From Bdellovibrio sp. ZAP7 (lineage in GTDB: Bacteria > Bdellovibrionota > FAC87 > UBA2466), in assembly GCA_945878405.1 (NCBI GenBank), contig CAMCTJ010000001.1:70304-134303 (forward strand): DNA of 64,000 bases, given 5' to 3'. Below, one piece after another: positions 28,050-38,133 of the stretch. Numbering within the stretch: the stretch's first letter is position 1; each line of letters opens with the position of its first letter. The translations under genes were made by a program, and so were the position numbers. The notes below the pieces were generated by a model. It was not told the DNA's origin and made no database searches. It saw only the letters and a list, made by a program, of their open reading frames with translations.

Positions 28050-29438
28050 ATGAGCGCTTCAGATCACGGCCCAAATACTGACTACTTTCTGGGAGTTGAG
28101 GGCGAACAGACTGGCCCCTACTCTGAAGCAGATCTTATTAGCCAAATTTCAAAGGGAATTCTTTCTCAAGACACTTTAATTTGGTGGGAAGGCCAAAGCG
28201 ATTGGGAGCGCATTGGCGATATTTATAAATTTAAGGATTTGTTCGGGGCTCCCTCCAAAACGGCTCCGAAAGTTACTACGAGCACAAAAAGCCCTTCTCT
28301 TGAGGATTATACTTCGGGAGGCTCTCACCCCTCTTTAGATTGGATAGCTACTTTTGCGCGAACGGGAAAAGAGCCCATTCCAGTATATGACTCTAAAGAA
28401 GGTTATTTTAAACATGAAAAGGCCATTCCCGTAAAATCCGCCGTGTTGGCCCTAGCAATCTGTTTGGTTGGCTTTGGGGTTTGGGCGGTCTTAAAATTTA
28501 CAGGCCCTTCTGAGCGCAAATCGACCAAAAAACAGATCGCCCCGAAAGAACAAGCACTTCAAAAAAGAAGACAACTTTTGGCTCAAGCCACCAGCCAGCT
28601 GCTGTTGAATCCCAGCACTTCAATTCAGCAACTCAACGAATTGATTAATCAGAACCCAAAAGATAATGAAGGCAAAGAAGCTGCTGAAGCGTTACTCAAC
28701 TATTACCGACAAAACAAGCAAATGGAATCGGCTGGAGATTTGCTGAGCAAATTGGAGCGCTACTCCGATGCAGCTAAAGCTTATTCTTCAGATCCCCGAT
28801 TAGCGTTAAAGACGGAAACAGCCCTATTTAAGGCGTTTCAGGGAAGCTCGGGAAAAGAAAGCGCTGACTTTCTTCTTGAAGATATTCGCTTGCTGATTAA
28901 ACCCCTCGACAGACTAGACCTGGCAAAAGACAGAATCGCTCTTTTCGAAAAAACCTTTCCTGGGCTCACACACCCCTATAGCTATTATCAGATTCCCTTG
29001 GACCAACAGATTACAAACATTTTCACCAGGCTCTCCTCGTCCCTTGTGGGGATGCTAACTAAACATATTTCTGATGAATTTCCTCAAATCACATTGGCTA
29101 GTCGCCCCTTGGTAGAAATAAAAAGAAATTCTGCAGGCGGATTGCGAATTATCGGTCGCTATAACGGAGATCTGATACTTCGAAGTGATCGAGTAAAGGG
29201 AATTTTCTTTCTGTACTGGCTTGTCGAAAACCAGTGGCTTTTGGTGGATACCAATCTGACTACTGATAGACAACGTTTTGCGGCGGCTACTCGAAAAAAA
29301 TATGAGGGCGCAGTTCTACAACCTGGACAAATGCTTAACTTCCTTGAAGGTCAATTTAAACAGCTCTACCCCAACCAGGGACTCCATGAAATGATATTAA
29401 CCGAGCCCAAAGCAACCAAATCTCCGTCAGGAGATTAA
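28050..29438 (+). CDS. Membrane protein with an N-terminal DUF4339 (GYF-like) domain and a C-terminal helical region
   Basis: YFLGVEGEQTGPYSEADLISQISKGILSQDTLIWWEGQSDWERIGDI matches the DUF4339 pattern (W.Y...G.Q.GP.....L..L...G.I...TLVW.EGM..W). One TM helix (AVLALAICLVGFGVWAVL). Confidence 0.6.
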   Translation: MSASDHGPNTDYFLGVEGEQTGPYSEADLISQISKGILSQDTLIWWEGQSDWERIGDIYKFKDLFGAPSKTAPKVTTSTKSPSLEDYTSGGSHPSLDWIATFARTGKEPIPVYDSKEGYFKHEKAIPVKSAVLALAICLVGFGVWAVLKFTGPSERKSTKKQIAPKEQALQKRRQLLAQATSQLLLNPSTSIQQLNELINQNPKDNEGKEAAEALLNYYRQNKQMESAGDLLSKLERYSDAAKAYSSDPRLALKTETALFKAFQGSSGKESADFLLEDIRLLIKPLDRLDLAKDRIALFEKTFPGLTHPYSYYQIPLDQQITNIFTRLSSSLVGMLTKHISDEFPQITLASRPLVEIKRNSAGGLRIIGRYNGDLILRSDRVKGIFFLYWLVENQWLLVDTNLTTDRQRFAAATRKKYEGAVLQPGQMLNFLEGQFKQLYPNQGLHEMILTEPKATKSPSGD

Positions 29439-29451
29439 TTCCTAATTACGA

Positions 29452-31941
29452 ATGTTGAACGCTCTCTACGAATTCATCGACAAGCTCTGGCAGAAATTAT
29501 CCAATCTCATCTTTGTCCGCTTTGCATTTGATATTCCGGTGGATTCTTTTCCCCAGGTTAAGAAGACACGAAAATTAGTTTTCTGTTTAACCCATGGCGG
29601 GCTTATTGAGTGGTTGATCCTATCTAGTTGGTGTCGAAAAAATGGGTTGGGTGCCATTCTTGTAGCTAACAGAAAGAGGATTCTTTTCTTATCAAAACCT
29701 CTTTATTTTCTTCAGACTATTTTTACAAAACGAACTCTTTCTGACCTTTTTCTTTCACAAGAGCAAGGACCACGCCTCATTTTTTGCCCTCCCGGTGAAC
29801 GTAAAGAGCTGTTTAAGCCAACCGAAACTGAAGGGCTAATCGCGGATCTTTATAACTTTGAGAAACAATCTGGGGAAGAAATGTGTTTTGTCTTTATCCC
29901 AGTTTTTATTTGCTGGAGAAAGCACTTAAGGGGAACCTCTCGTCAGTTAAGCGAGTACTTTCTCGGGTTAAGTTCTCGACCCAATTTTTTTGGAAAGATT
30001 TGGTACCTGGCACGCAAGCGCACAGATAGCACAGTGAGAGCTCTGACCCCGATTCTTTTTTCAGCGACAGACCCCACTGACATATCAGACGATATCGATG
30101 GGATTGATGCCACACGTATGGCACGCATGGTGCGTAGAAAAGTGCTGGTTGAGATAAGTCAGGAAATGCGAGTAGTGCTTGGGCCTCGTTATTTCTCCCC
30201 GTACTTGATTAAAGAAAACATCATGCGAGATCCCCAGATCCTGCAGCTCGTAGATCAAATCTCCAAAGACAACAACACCGATAAGAGAAAAGTCATGGGG
30301 CAGGCTTATACTTTTCTTACCGAAATTGCTGCTAATTACACTTTTCGGTTTGTAGAAGTGATGTATGGTGTTCTCACTTGGCTCTTTGGAAAGATTTTTG
30401 AAGACGTCGTTGTCGACCCGAACCAAGTTCAATCACTCCGTGAAACATTAAAAACTCGCTCCGCAGTTTTTGTCTCTTGTCATCGAAGTCACTTAGATTA
30501 CATGGTGGTTCCTGGAGTGCTGTTTGTTCAAGATATCGTAACTCCTCATATTGCGGCTGGGGTTAACTTATCCTTTTGGCCAGTGGGGCCTTTCCTCCGG
30601 ATGGGTGGAGCATTTTTTATTCGCCGATCTTTTCGAGGTGAACCCCTCTATGCCCTTTGCCTTCAGAAATACATCGATTGGCTAATCAAAAATCGTATTA
30701 ACATCAAATTTTTCATCGAAGGCACACGCAGTCGAACCGGGAAAATGTTGCCTCCGGCTTATGGGCTTTTGAAAATGGTTTTAAACCCCTTCCAACAAGG
30801 TCAAATAGAAGATCTCGCATTGATTCCCATTTCAATTTCCTATGACGAGGTTCTTGAAGAAAAATCCTACGGTAAAGAGCTAGCTGGTGCTCAAAAGGAA
30901 AAAGAATCCGCGAAGGGATTGGTTCAATCACGAAAGCTATTTCAACGAAACATTGGAAAAGTTTACGTGCGTTTTGCCCCTGGGATTTCTGTTAAAGGGG
31001 AGACTCAACTGGGAACTGATCAAGGGCTCGATTCAGCGCTCATGCTCCAAAAGCTGGCATTTCAGATTTGCAAATCAATTAACGACGTTACTCCTGTAAC
31101 ACCAAAGTCTATCTTGGCGAGCGTTCTTTTATCTCATGAACGGAACTCGCTAAGCCTGGAGGAGATCCTCAGAGCCTCTCACTTACTCGGGCGTTACGCT
31201 ACTTGGTCCCGCGTAGAACTCAGCTGCGGGGATGAGCCAGAACAGTTAAAGAGAGCCGTAGAGAGCAATGTAAAAAAGCTTTTGGGAAACCAGACTCTCC
31301 AATCAGAAACAACTGTTCCTGTTCGATACTTTTTAGAGGAACGCAAACGTATCAATATGGTTTTTTATAAAAATAATGCCATTCACTGCTTTGTTATCCC
31401 GAGTATTACTAGCCTCTCAATGGCCAGATCCCAAAGCCAACAACGGGATCAGATCCTAAAACACGCCTTTACCTTGAGAAACATTTTCAAGTTTGAGTTC
31501 TTTTTTAGTCCCTCAAGTACTTTTAGTGACGAGATCAGCCGAAATATTGATTACTTAAACCAGCCGGTTTTCACTGGCGATCACTCGGTTTTCCTGAGGC
31601 TTAATCGGGATCTTATTGAAAGTTATCTCATTGCATTTGAAACCATCCAGAAGGAAGCCATTGGCGAACAGGAAGTCAAAACGGCTTTACAGAAAGTCGT
31701 GCGAGGAGCAGTTTTACGGGTCGAAGAAAACAAAGGCTTTGCGACTGAGTGTGTTTCTACACAGAATTTCACCAATGCGTTTAAGTTAATGGAAAATATC
31801 GGGCTTCTTGAGTTTAAGCGCGATTCAGAACAAGTTTTGATCTTTCTAAAGCCCTGGAATGAGGAAGCTTCCTCTATCTTAACTGAACTACGGGCTTTCT
31901 ACGCCACACTCATGAATCCACCCGGCAGGAAGAATAATTAA
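29452..31941 (+). CDS. plsB: Glycerol-3-phosphate 1-O-acyltransferase PlsB
   Basis: 829 aa. Acyltransferase blocks VSCHRSHLDYMVV (HX4D), GGAFFIRRSF and FIEGTRSRTGKML are the PlsB signature motifs. The length fits PlsB (about 800 aa). Confidence 0.85.
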   Translation: MLNALYEFIDKLWQKLSNLIFVRFAFDIPVDSFPQVKKTRKLVFCLTHGGLIEWLILSSWCRKNGLGAILVANRKRILFLSKPLYFLQTIFTKRTLSDLFLSQEQGPRLIFCPPGERKELFKPTETEGLIADLYNFEKQSGEEMCFVFIPVFICWRKHLRGTSRQLSEYFLGLSSRPNFFGKIWYLARKRTDSTVRALTPILFSATDPTDISDDIDGIDATRMARMVRRKVLVEISQEMRVVLGPRYFSPYLIKENIMRDPQILQLVDQISKDNNTDKRKVMGQAYTFLTEIAANYTFRFVEVMYGVLTWLFGKIFEDVVVDPNQVQSLRETLKTRSAVFVSCHRSHLDYMVVPGVLFVQDIVTPHIAAGVNLSFWPVGPFLRMGGAFFIRRSFRGEPLYALCLQKYIDWLIKNRINIKFFIEGTRSRTGKMLPPAYGLLKMVLNPFQQGQIEDLALIPISISYDEVLEEKSYGKELAGAQKEKESAKGLVQSRKLFQRNIGKVYVRFAPGISVKGETQLGTDQGLDSALMLQKLAFQICKSINDVTPVTPKSILASVLLSHERNSLSLEEILRASHLLGRYATWSRVELSCGDEPEQLKRAVESNVKKLLGNQTLQSETTVPVRYFLEERKRINMVFYKNNAIHCFVIPSITSLSMARSQSQQRDQILKHAFTLRNIFKFEFFFSPSSTFSDEISRNIDYLNQPVFTGDHSVFLRLNRDLIESYLIAFETIQKEAIGEQEVKTALQKVVRGAVLRVEENKGFATECVSTQNFTNAFKLMENIGLLEFKRDSEQVLIFLKPWNEEASSILTELRAFYATLMNPPGRKNN

Positions 31942-33104
31942 GCAGCCTGGTTTTGTGATCCTGGGGGATTTTGTTTTTTATGGAACATCTCTTTTGGAAA
32001 AGGGAGCTGATTTACCTCTATTTCCCTCATAAAACTCGGTAGGTTTCCCGTGGGGTTTAGAATTCCTAGAACTTTTCCGTCTTTGTCTCGGCCCCACTGC
32101 TCGAAAAGATAAATATCATTAGTTTGATAGTTTCCCTGAAGGTCCATCCCCAAACATTCTGAAATATGGGTTACTTTTCTGGATCCGTCTTGAAGACGAG
32201 AAAGCTGAAGGACAACTTGAATCGCAGATGACACTTGAGCTCGGACCGCCTGAACGGGCACTTCTGAATCCGTCATAAGGGCTAATGTTTCAAGACGCGT
32301 TAAACATTCTTTGGGATTATTTGAGTGGACGGTTCCCATAGAACCCGAATGTCCTGTGTTCATCGAACTGATCAGGTCGAGAGCTTCCCCACCTCGTACC
32401 TCTCCCACAATCACTCTATCGGGTCGCAACCTAAGTGATGACTTCACCAGATCTCTCAGGGTTACAGTACCCTTTCCATACTCGTTCGCTGGTCGACCCT
32501 CAAAATAAACGACATGCTTGTTGTGAATCCTTAATTCCGAGGAATCCTCAAGCACCACAATACGCTGTTCGGGCTGACATCGGCTCGCCAGAATATTTAA
32601 AATGGTGGTCTTTCCGGAGCCCGTGCCTCCAGAAACGATGATATTTTTTTTCAGATAAAGACAGACATCGATGAATCGAGCTGCATCGGGAGTAAGCGCT
32701 CCACGTGAAATCAGATCTTTAAGCTCCAATTTATTCTTGGAAAACTTTCGAATACAAACGGTCGTTCCGTTCTTTGCCACCGGAGGAACAACAGCATGAA
32801 TTCGAGATCCGTCCGGCAAACGGGCATCTAGAAAAGGGGCTTCTTCCGAAATAGGTCGCCCAACATATTGGGAGATGTTTCTGACAGCAGCCATAAGAGC
32901 CTGCTCATCCTCAAATTTTGCTTCCACCATTTCTACTTGTCCTGCTCGCTCAATGAATATTTGTTTCGGTCCATTGATCATAATTTCTGTCACAGAATCG
33001 TCTTTGAGATATTGTGCAACGGGACCTAGGAAAACCTGGACTGATGTTTCGAAAACTGACATGTGGTGGCTCTTTCTACTCGACTTTGATTTCGCCTCGA
33101 GCAC
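31938..33104 (-). CDS. cpaF: CpaF/TadA-family secretion ATPase (Flp pilus / type II-IV secretion NTPase)
   Basis: Walker A IIVSGGTGSGKTTILN. Asp box and Walker B (VVLEDSSEL...RPDRVIVGEVRG). His box (NTGHSGSMGTVHSN). 388 aa. Confidence 0.8.
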   Translation of the reverse strand: MLEAKSKSSRKSHHMSVFETSVQVFLGPVAQYLKDDSVTEIMINGPKQIFIERAGQVEMVEAKFEDEQALMAAVRNISQYVGRPISEEAPFLDARLPDGSRIHAVVPPVAKNGTTVCIRKFSKNKLELKDLISRGALTPDAARFIDVCLYLKKNIIVSGGTGSGKTTILNILASRCQPEQRIVVLEDSSELRIHNKHVVYFEGRPANEYGKGTVTLRDLVKSSLRLRPDRVIVGEVRGGEALDLISSMNTGHSGSMGTVHSNNPKECLTRLETLALMTDSEVPVQAVRAQVSSAIQVVLQLSRLQDGSRKVTHISECLGMDLQGNYQTNDIYLFEQWGRDKDGKVLGILNPTGNLPSFMREIEVNQLPFPKEMFHKKQNPPGSQNQAA

Positions 33105-33948
33105 CGCTCAAAGCATCGTAATATTCATAAACCCCTGGCTCTGCATCGAATTCAATCTCCGTGACTTTGGAAGTACCGACTTCGCGGTATTCTTCCACGG
33201 ACTTACTGTCTGATTGACTTGCTATCCAGCGTTGGATTCTTGGCTTAACAAAAACTAGAGCTGCTGGCTTGGCACCGGTAGTAACAAATAGAAGCCGGTT
33301 TTTGTTTCCGTTTTGTTTCATCCGAATGACAGAGGGGAAAAACTGTTCTCCAGATAAGATAATCGAATAATCGGTCACTCCAGGCAAAGCTACCATTTCC
33401 GATTTTACTAGTTCGGGCTTAGGCTCTGGTGGGCCAGCAACTTCTGTCGCTGCTGGCATTGCTTCCGCGACTGGCACCGGCGGCTCTACTGGAGCCACTG
33501 AAACAGCTGGCGCTGCTGGGACTTCAGAAACTTTTACTTCTTTTTCTTCGACAACTGGTTTTTCCTCAACCGGAGCTTCTGAAATTTTTATTTCCATTTC
33601 CTCAACAGCAGGCATTTCGGGTACGGGCGCTACCGTTACTGGTTCAACGATTTGTGGGGTTGGCTCAACTATCTGAACGGGAGCCTCCTCGACCGCGGGT
33701 GCGACAGCTTCAGGGGCGCTAGCTGGTTGACGCTCCTCAGGAGGTGCCTCCACATAGGTTGAAGGATCCAAAAGTAGAGAAGGATCCTCATTATATTTAT
33801 CAAGAAGTTCAGACTCAGAAGAACCGGCATAGCAAGGCTGCACTAACAAGAGCCCAATCATTCCAAGTAAAATAGGTGACTTAAGCATAGTTCCCTCAAC
33901 TCTCCTTATCGACCAGTTTGAGCCGGCGCCTAAACAAAATGTCTTCAA
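33076..33948 (-). CDS. Secreted protein with a Pro/Glu/Val/Ala-rich low-complexity spacer and a C-terminal cupredoxin-like (ligand-less) domain
   Basis: Likely true start at MLKSPILLGMIGLLLVQPCYA (about 33888). The central roughly 120 aa is PEVA-rich. The C-terminus ...EFDAEPGVYEYYDALSGARGEIKVE resembles a cupredoxin strand pattern but lacks Cys/His copper ligands. Overlaps cpaF by 29 nt. Confidence 0.45.
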   Translation of the reverse strand: MKTFCLGAGSNWSIRRVEGTMLKSPILLGMIGLLLVQPCYAGSSESELLDKYNEDPSLLLDPSTYVEAPPEERQPASAPEAVAPAVEEAPVQIVEPTPQIVEPVTVAPVPEMPAVEEMEIKISEAPVEEKPVVEEKEVKVSEVPAAPAVSVAPVEPPVPVAEAMPAATEVAGPPEPKPELVKSEMVALPGVTDYSIILSGEQFFPSVIRMKQNGNKNRLLFVTTGAKPAALVFVKPRIQRWIASQSDSKSVEEYREVGTSKVTEIEFDAEPGVYEYYDALSGARGEIKVE

Positions 33949-34099
33949 TGTGTAAAGCTATGGCCGCGGTGTTTAAAACTTAGCGAAAATCGAGAGTGTA
34001 TTCAGAAAGAACACTGTTGCAACCATTTGTTTTTATTGGAATATTATGCTCTGGCTCAGGGGGCGACTTTGGCAGACTTTCTGCAACCAGAATAAGCCA

Positions 34100-34738
34100 A
34101 TGAAGTTTCCTTTTCACAATTTAATGGCTTTGCTGCTCCTCGGTCATTTGGCTCTAGCCAATGAATCAGTCACACCCGAAGAACGGAAAGCAGAATTTGC
34201 AAAGCCTCGAGGATTGTCAAAGTCATCGTCCTCAAGCCCCTCAAGTTCTTCAGGTGGCCGAACAAATAGTGCTCAACCCTCTCCGATGGCGGCTTCAGTC
34301 GCAGATGTTTACAGCAAAATGGGGGAAAGTTTTTCTAAAGAGATCGCTACGCTGGGCAAAAATTTTTCACTTCCAAAGATTCAAGAAGAACCCAGTTACC
34401 TTGAGGAATTAGGAAAAGCTAGTAAGAGCCTTGATTCTACAAGTGACCCAACTGACGGTTCCGGTTCTTCATTGATCGCTCAATATACCGAAGCCTTCAT
34501 TGCCACTCTTCAAGAGCTTACGCAAATGCAGATTGAATTTGAGATTTCGAAAACGAACCGAGAAATAAAAACCTTAAAAGAAAAATCCCCAAACCATACG
34601 CCCTCAGTGCAGAATAGTATCTCCCCCTCGCCCATCTCTCTTCGAACGAGAATCAGTAGTCCCCAAGGAAAGGGCAAAGGTCTCTTTCCAAGTGAGCTCG
34701 ATGCCCTTAGCGCAAAAGCTTATAACCCACCCAAGTGA
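34100..34738 (+). CDS. Secreted hypothetical protein (Ser-rich)
   Basis: Start moved to MKFPFHNLMALLLLGHLALA (ATG 34100), which gives a signal peptide. Poly-Ser tract and a coiled-coil-like C-terminus. Confidence 0.45.
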   Translation: MKFPFHNLMALLLLGHLALANESVTPEERKAEFAKPRGLSKSSSSSPSSSSGGRTNSAQPSPMAASVADVYSKMGESFSKEIATLGKNFSLPKIQEEPSYLEELGKASKSLDSTSDPTDGSGSSLIAQYTEAFIATLQELTQMQIEFEISKTNREIKTLKEKSPNHTPSVQNSISPSPISLRTRISSPQGKGKGLFPSELDALSAKAYNPPK

Positions 34739-36054
34739 TTTCCTGACATCCAAGTATGAAGATCCCGCTGGGAACGTAAAGCGTAGCGAGCGTACTTAGC
34801 TTTTTTGTCCTTTTTTCCGGTGAAGTCGTCTGGAGGAAGAAGCCCCATATTTACGTTTGATGGTTGAAAGTCTTTCCGATTGGAATCCGTAATGGAACCG
34901 AGAAGCGCCCCTAACATCGTTGTTATCGGTAGAACCAGCAAATCAGATCCCTGAATAAGTCGAGCTGCATTCATTCCCGCCAAAAGCCCGCCAGCCGAAG
35001 ACTCCAGATATCCTTCAGTTCCAGTCAATTGGCCCGCAATGAAAACACGCAAGTGTTGCTTCAGTTGGAGCGTGGGAAGCAAATGCTGGGGGGAATCGAT
35101 AAAAGTATTTCGGTGCATAGAACCTAATCGAAGAAACTCTGCCTCCTGAAGCCCGGGTAAGGTTCTAAAAATTCTTTCTTGTTCTTTGTACCTAAGCTTA
35201 GTTTGAAACCCTACAAGGTTATAAGCTGTTCGAAAGCGGTTTTCAGCCCGAAGTTGGATAACGGCATAGGGCATTTTTCCAGTTTTGGGATCGGGTAAAC
35301 CCACTGGCTTCATGGGACCAAAAGCCAGAGTTCTAGGTCCCCGACTGGCAATGGCCTCAATGGGCATACAGCCTTCAAAATATTTTTCTTCTTCAAAATC
35401 ATGAGGAAGTACAACCTCCCCTCCTAGAATATCCTGAATAAACTGGTCATACCGTTCTTGGCTGAGTGGAATATTGAGAAAATCAGGGGTCTCACCCTTG
35501 TTATATCGATTTGCAAAAAACATCTGCGAAAGGTCCAAACTGTCAGTTGCGACAATGGGAGAAATCGCATCGTAAAAATAAAGAGACTTTGTCCCCAGAA
35601 GACTTCCCAAAGAGTTACTAAGGGAATCGGATGTGAGGGGTCCTGTTGCCAGAACGACGACTCCCTCGTTTGGTATTTCAAGGACCTCTTCTCGCTTGAT
35701 CTTAATTTTGGGATGACTCGATAAACGTTCGGTCATCATCTGAGCAAACAAATTTCTATCCACTGCCAATGAGGCTCCGGCAGGTACCGAACACTCTCGA
35801 GCAACTTCTAGAGTAAGAGAACCCATGGACCGGATCTCATCTTTGAGCATTCGGGATGCAGAGCCAGGATTATCGCTTCCAAAACTATTACTGCAGACCA
35901 ACTCACTGAATTGATCCGTTTTATGAGCCGCAGTAGGTCGAACTGGCCGCATTTCATAAAGCTCTACTTCAATTCCGTGCTGCGCTATTTGCCAGCTAGC
36001 CTCGCTTCCGGCGATTCCGGCGCCGATGACCACTACTTTTTTTTCTTGCTGCAC
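34720..36054 (-). CDS. trmFO: Methylenetetrahydrofolate--tRNA-(uracil-5)-methyltransferase TrmFO
   Basis: N-terminus KVVVIGAGIAGSEASWQIA (FAD Rossmann), ...ELVCSNSFGS... 444 aa, typical of TrmFO/Gid. Confidence 0.9.
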   Translation of the reverse strand: MQQEKKVVVIGAGIAGSEASWQIAQHGIEVELYEMRPVRPTAAHKTDQFSELVCSNSFGSDNPGSASRMLKDEIRSMGSLTLEVARECSVPAGASLAVDRNLFAQMMTERLSSHPKIKIKREEVLEIPNEGVVVLATGPLTSDSLSNSLGSLLGTKSLYFYDAISPIVATDSLDLSQMFFANRYNKGETPDFLNIPLSQERYDQFIQDILGGEVVLPHDFEEEKYFEGCMPIEAIASRGPRTLAFGPMKPVGLPDPKTGKMPYAVIQLRAENRFRTAYNLVGFQTKLRYKEQERIFRTLPGLQEAEFLRLGSMHRNTFIDSPQHLLPTLQLKQHLRVFIAGQLTGTEGYLESSAGGLLAGMNAARLIQGSDLLVLPITTMLGALLGSITDSNRKDFQPSNVNMGLLPPDDFTGKKDKKAKYARYALRSQRDLHTWMSGNHLGGL

Positions 36055-36119
36055 CGTGCCTCCTTGACGCTACCAGAAGGGTCTCTTACACTAAATCCTC
36101 AAAACATTTCAAGAACATC

Positions 36120-36878
36120 ATGATTTGGACACAAATAGCATTTGCTGAAACAACAAAAGAAGCGGCTACTTCTCTTAATACGTGGGATCTGATTCTTCAG
36201 ACGGGCCCAATCGTATTTCTCGTACTGCTTTTGCTCTTATCTTTTTCCGTTCTGAGCTGGGCAATCATCTATACTAAGTGGAAGACCATAGGCCAGCTAG
36301 CAGCTCTCTCAGAAGAGTTCCTGGAAGTCTTTTGGAGTGGACGAAGCCTTGATTTTATTTACGGGGAATCCAAGAAGTTTTCTACTGCTCCGGCGGCCAA
36401 GATCTTTCAGGCCGGCTACAAAGAACTTCAAAAATTGATAGAGAGACAAAAGCAAAAAGGGGAAAAAATAACAGGCGTTAGCGATGTTTCCCAAATCATT
36501 CCGCCGGAATCCTCTATTCACAATTTGGAACGCGCTCTAAGCACTGCGAGTCGGAATGAGGTTTTGAAACTAGAAAGCTCGATGACTTTTTTAGCAACGA
36601 CCGCCAGCTCTGCTCCCTTTATCGGACTTTTTGGAACTGTTTGGGGAATCATGAGTGCTTTTCAAAACATTGGAAATCAGGGGGGCGCAAGTCTTGCAGT
36701 CGTCGCCCCTAGCATTTCGGAAGCTTTAATTGCCACTGCGGTAGGTCTTTTTGCCGCTATTCCAGCTTCGATGGGCTATAACTATTTCAACAGCAAAATC
36801 CGCAACCAAAAAGCTCAGATGGAAAATTTCGCTGGCGATTTTCTAAATATCGTAAAGAGAAATTTTTTATCTCAGTAG
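36120..36878 (+). CDS. tolQ: Tol-Pal system protein TolQ (MotA/TolQ/ExbB proton channel)
   Basis: Three TM helices. C-terminus ...ALIATAVGLFAAIPASMGYNYF is typical of TolQ/ExbB. Followed by tolR, tolA and tolB. Confidence 0.85.
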   Translation: MIWTQIAFAETTKEAATSLNTWDLILQTGPIVFLVLLLLLSFSVLSWAIIYTKWKTIGQLAALSEEFLEVFWSGRSLDFIYGESKKFSTAPAAKIFQAGYKELQKLIERQKQKGEKITGVSDVSQIIPPESSIHNLERALSTASRNEVLKLESSMTFLATTASSAPFIGLFGTVWGIMSAFQNIGNQGGASLAVVAPSISEALIATAVGLFAAIPASMGYNYFNSKIRNQKAQMENFAGDFLNIVKRNFLSQ

Positions 36879-36884
36879 ATAACT

Positions 36885-37319
36885 ATGGCAGGTTTTAAAA
36901 CCAGTTCAGATGATTCTCAGCCACTTTCTGAGATTAACATCACACCATTTGTAGACGTGATGTTAGTACTCTTGATTATTTTCATGGTGGCTGCCCCTCT
37001 GATGGAGTCGGGAATTTCTGTTCAACTACCCAAAGCTGCTACCAAATCCCTTCCCATGGAATCAGATCCAGTCGTTCTGACCATTACTAAAGATAAAAAG
37101 TTGTTTTTAGGAAAAGCTGAGATTTCTAGAGATTCACTTGAGAACAAGCTGAAAGAGACCTTCAAAAAACGTGAACAGAAAGAGATTTTTATTCGGGCAG
37201 ACTCTGACTTGGCCTACGGTATCGTGGCCTCAACAATGGCTTTGATCAAAAATAGTGGTGTTCACAAAATTGGGTTGATGACGGAAGTTTCGTCTCCGTC
37301 CCAGAGCAGCAAAAAATAA
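36885..37319 (+). CDS. tolR: Tol-Pal system protein TolR (ExbD/TolR)
   Basis: INITPFVDVMLVLLIIFMV is the canonical ExbD/TolR N-terminal TM motif. 144 aa. Confidence 0.85.
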   Translation: MAGFKTSSDDSQPLSEINITPFVDVMLVLLIIFMVAAPLMESGISVQLPKAATKSLPMESDPVVLTITKDKKLFLGKAEISRDSLENKLKETFKKREQKEIFIRADSDLAYGIVASTMALIKNSGVHKIGLMTEVSSPSQSSKK

Positions 37320-37333
37320 CTGGGCACTCTCCA

Positions 37334-38125
37334 ATGGAAATGGCCTCCCATCAATTCATTAAAATTCCAAAGCCTGCTCTGATTGGCTCGCTCTTATTTC
37401 ACTTCATTTTAGCCGGTACGGTCATTTTTATGTCGAGCACCAAGGGAATGTCTCTAGCGGACCTCCTCTTTGGTAAGAAGTCTGAGATTTCAGCGCAGTC
37501 TTTTGTGCAAGTGGATGTGGTCGGATTGCCGGACCAATTAGTGAATGAAAAGATTAATCCCCTACTTCCCGAGGTGGCTAAGCCTGAGACTTCGACTCAA
37601 AAGCCCGTCGAAACTAAAACAACCCCGAAAGACGTGATGGAAGATGCTCTTTCCAAAACCAAAAAAGAGAAGGCATCTGATAAGCTGAAAGAGAAAGAGC
37701 AGGAACGCGAGCAGGCACTTCGAGAAGCTTTAGAAGAAGCAAAGAGAGAGCAGGCGCTTAAAGGACTTCAAAACAAGGGCGGAACAAAAGGTCGAGGCAA
37801 GATCAAAGGCAATAGGTTGTCCGAAGGAACTTCGAGCTCTGGAGTCGTGGGGACCGCAAAAGATAAATATGTTGGGATACTCACTGAAAGTATCAAGCAG
37901 CAATTTAATATCTTCTCCTGGCAGCAGAAGAAGGGTCTGGTCGCTGAGGTAAAATTAATGCTTTTATCGAATGGTCGAGTGAAATGGAGAAAGATCGTAA
38001 AGCCATCCCGTGATCTGCTCTATGATTCTGCGGTTCTTCAAGCTATTGATGATGCGCAGCCCTTTCCGATTCCGGAAGATCGAGGTTTGATCGAAGATGA
38101 AATCACCATAAACTTTAAACCCTAG
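37334..38125 (+). CDS. tolA: TolA-like protein (TonB/TolA C-terminal domain)
   Basis: N-terminal TM anchor, a long Lys/Glu-rich helical linker, and a C-terminal TonB_C-like domain ending ...ITINFKP. Position between tolR and tolB. Confidence 0.6.
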   Translation: MEMASHQFIKIPKPALIGSLLFHFILAGTVIFMSSTKGMSLADLLFGKKSEISAQSFVQVDVVGLPDQLVNEKINPLLPEVAKPETSTQKPVETKTTPKDVMEDALSKTKKEKASDKLKEKEQEREQALREALEEAKREQALKGLQNKGGTKGRGKIKGNRLSEGTSSSGVVGTAKDKYVGILTESIKQQFNIFSWQQKKGLVAEVKLMLLSNGRVKWRKIVKPSRDLLYDSAVLQAIDDAQPFPIPEDRGLIEDEITINFKP

Positions 38126-38133
38126 GAATAAAG

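Noticed and set aside
33420-33760. Short DNA-level repeats (gctccagc / ggttc... units)
   Set aside because: They lie inside coding sequence and encode the Pro/Glu/Val/Ala low-complexity spacer of 33076..33948. A second such stretch at 53880-54060 encodes an Ala/Pro tail. Neither is a CRISPR or an intergenic repeat array.
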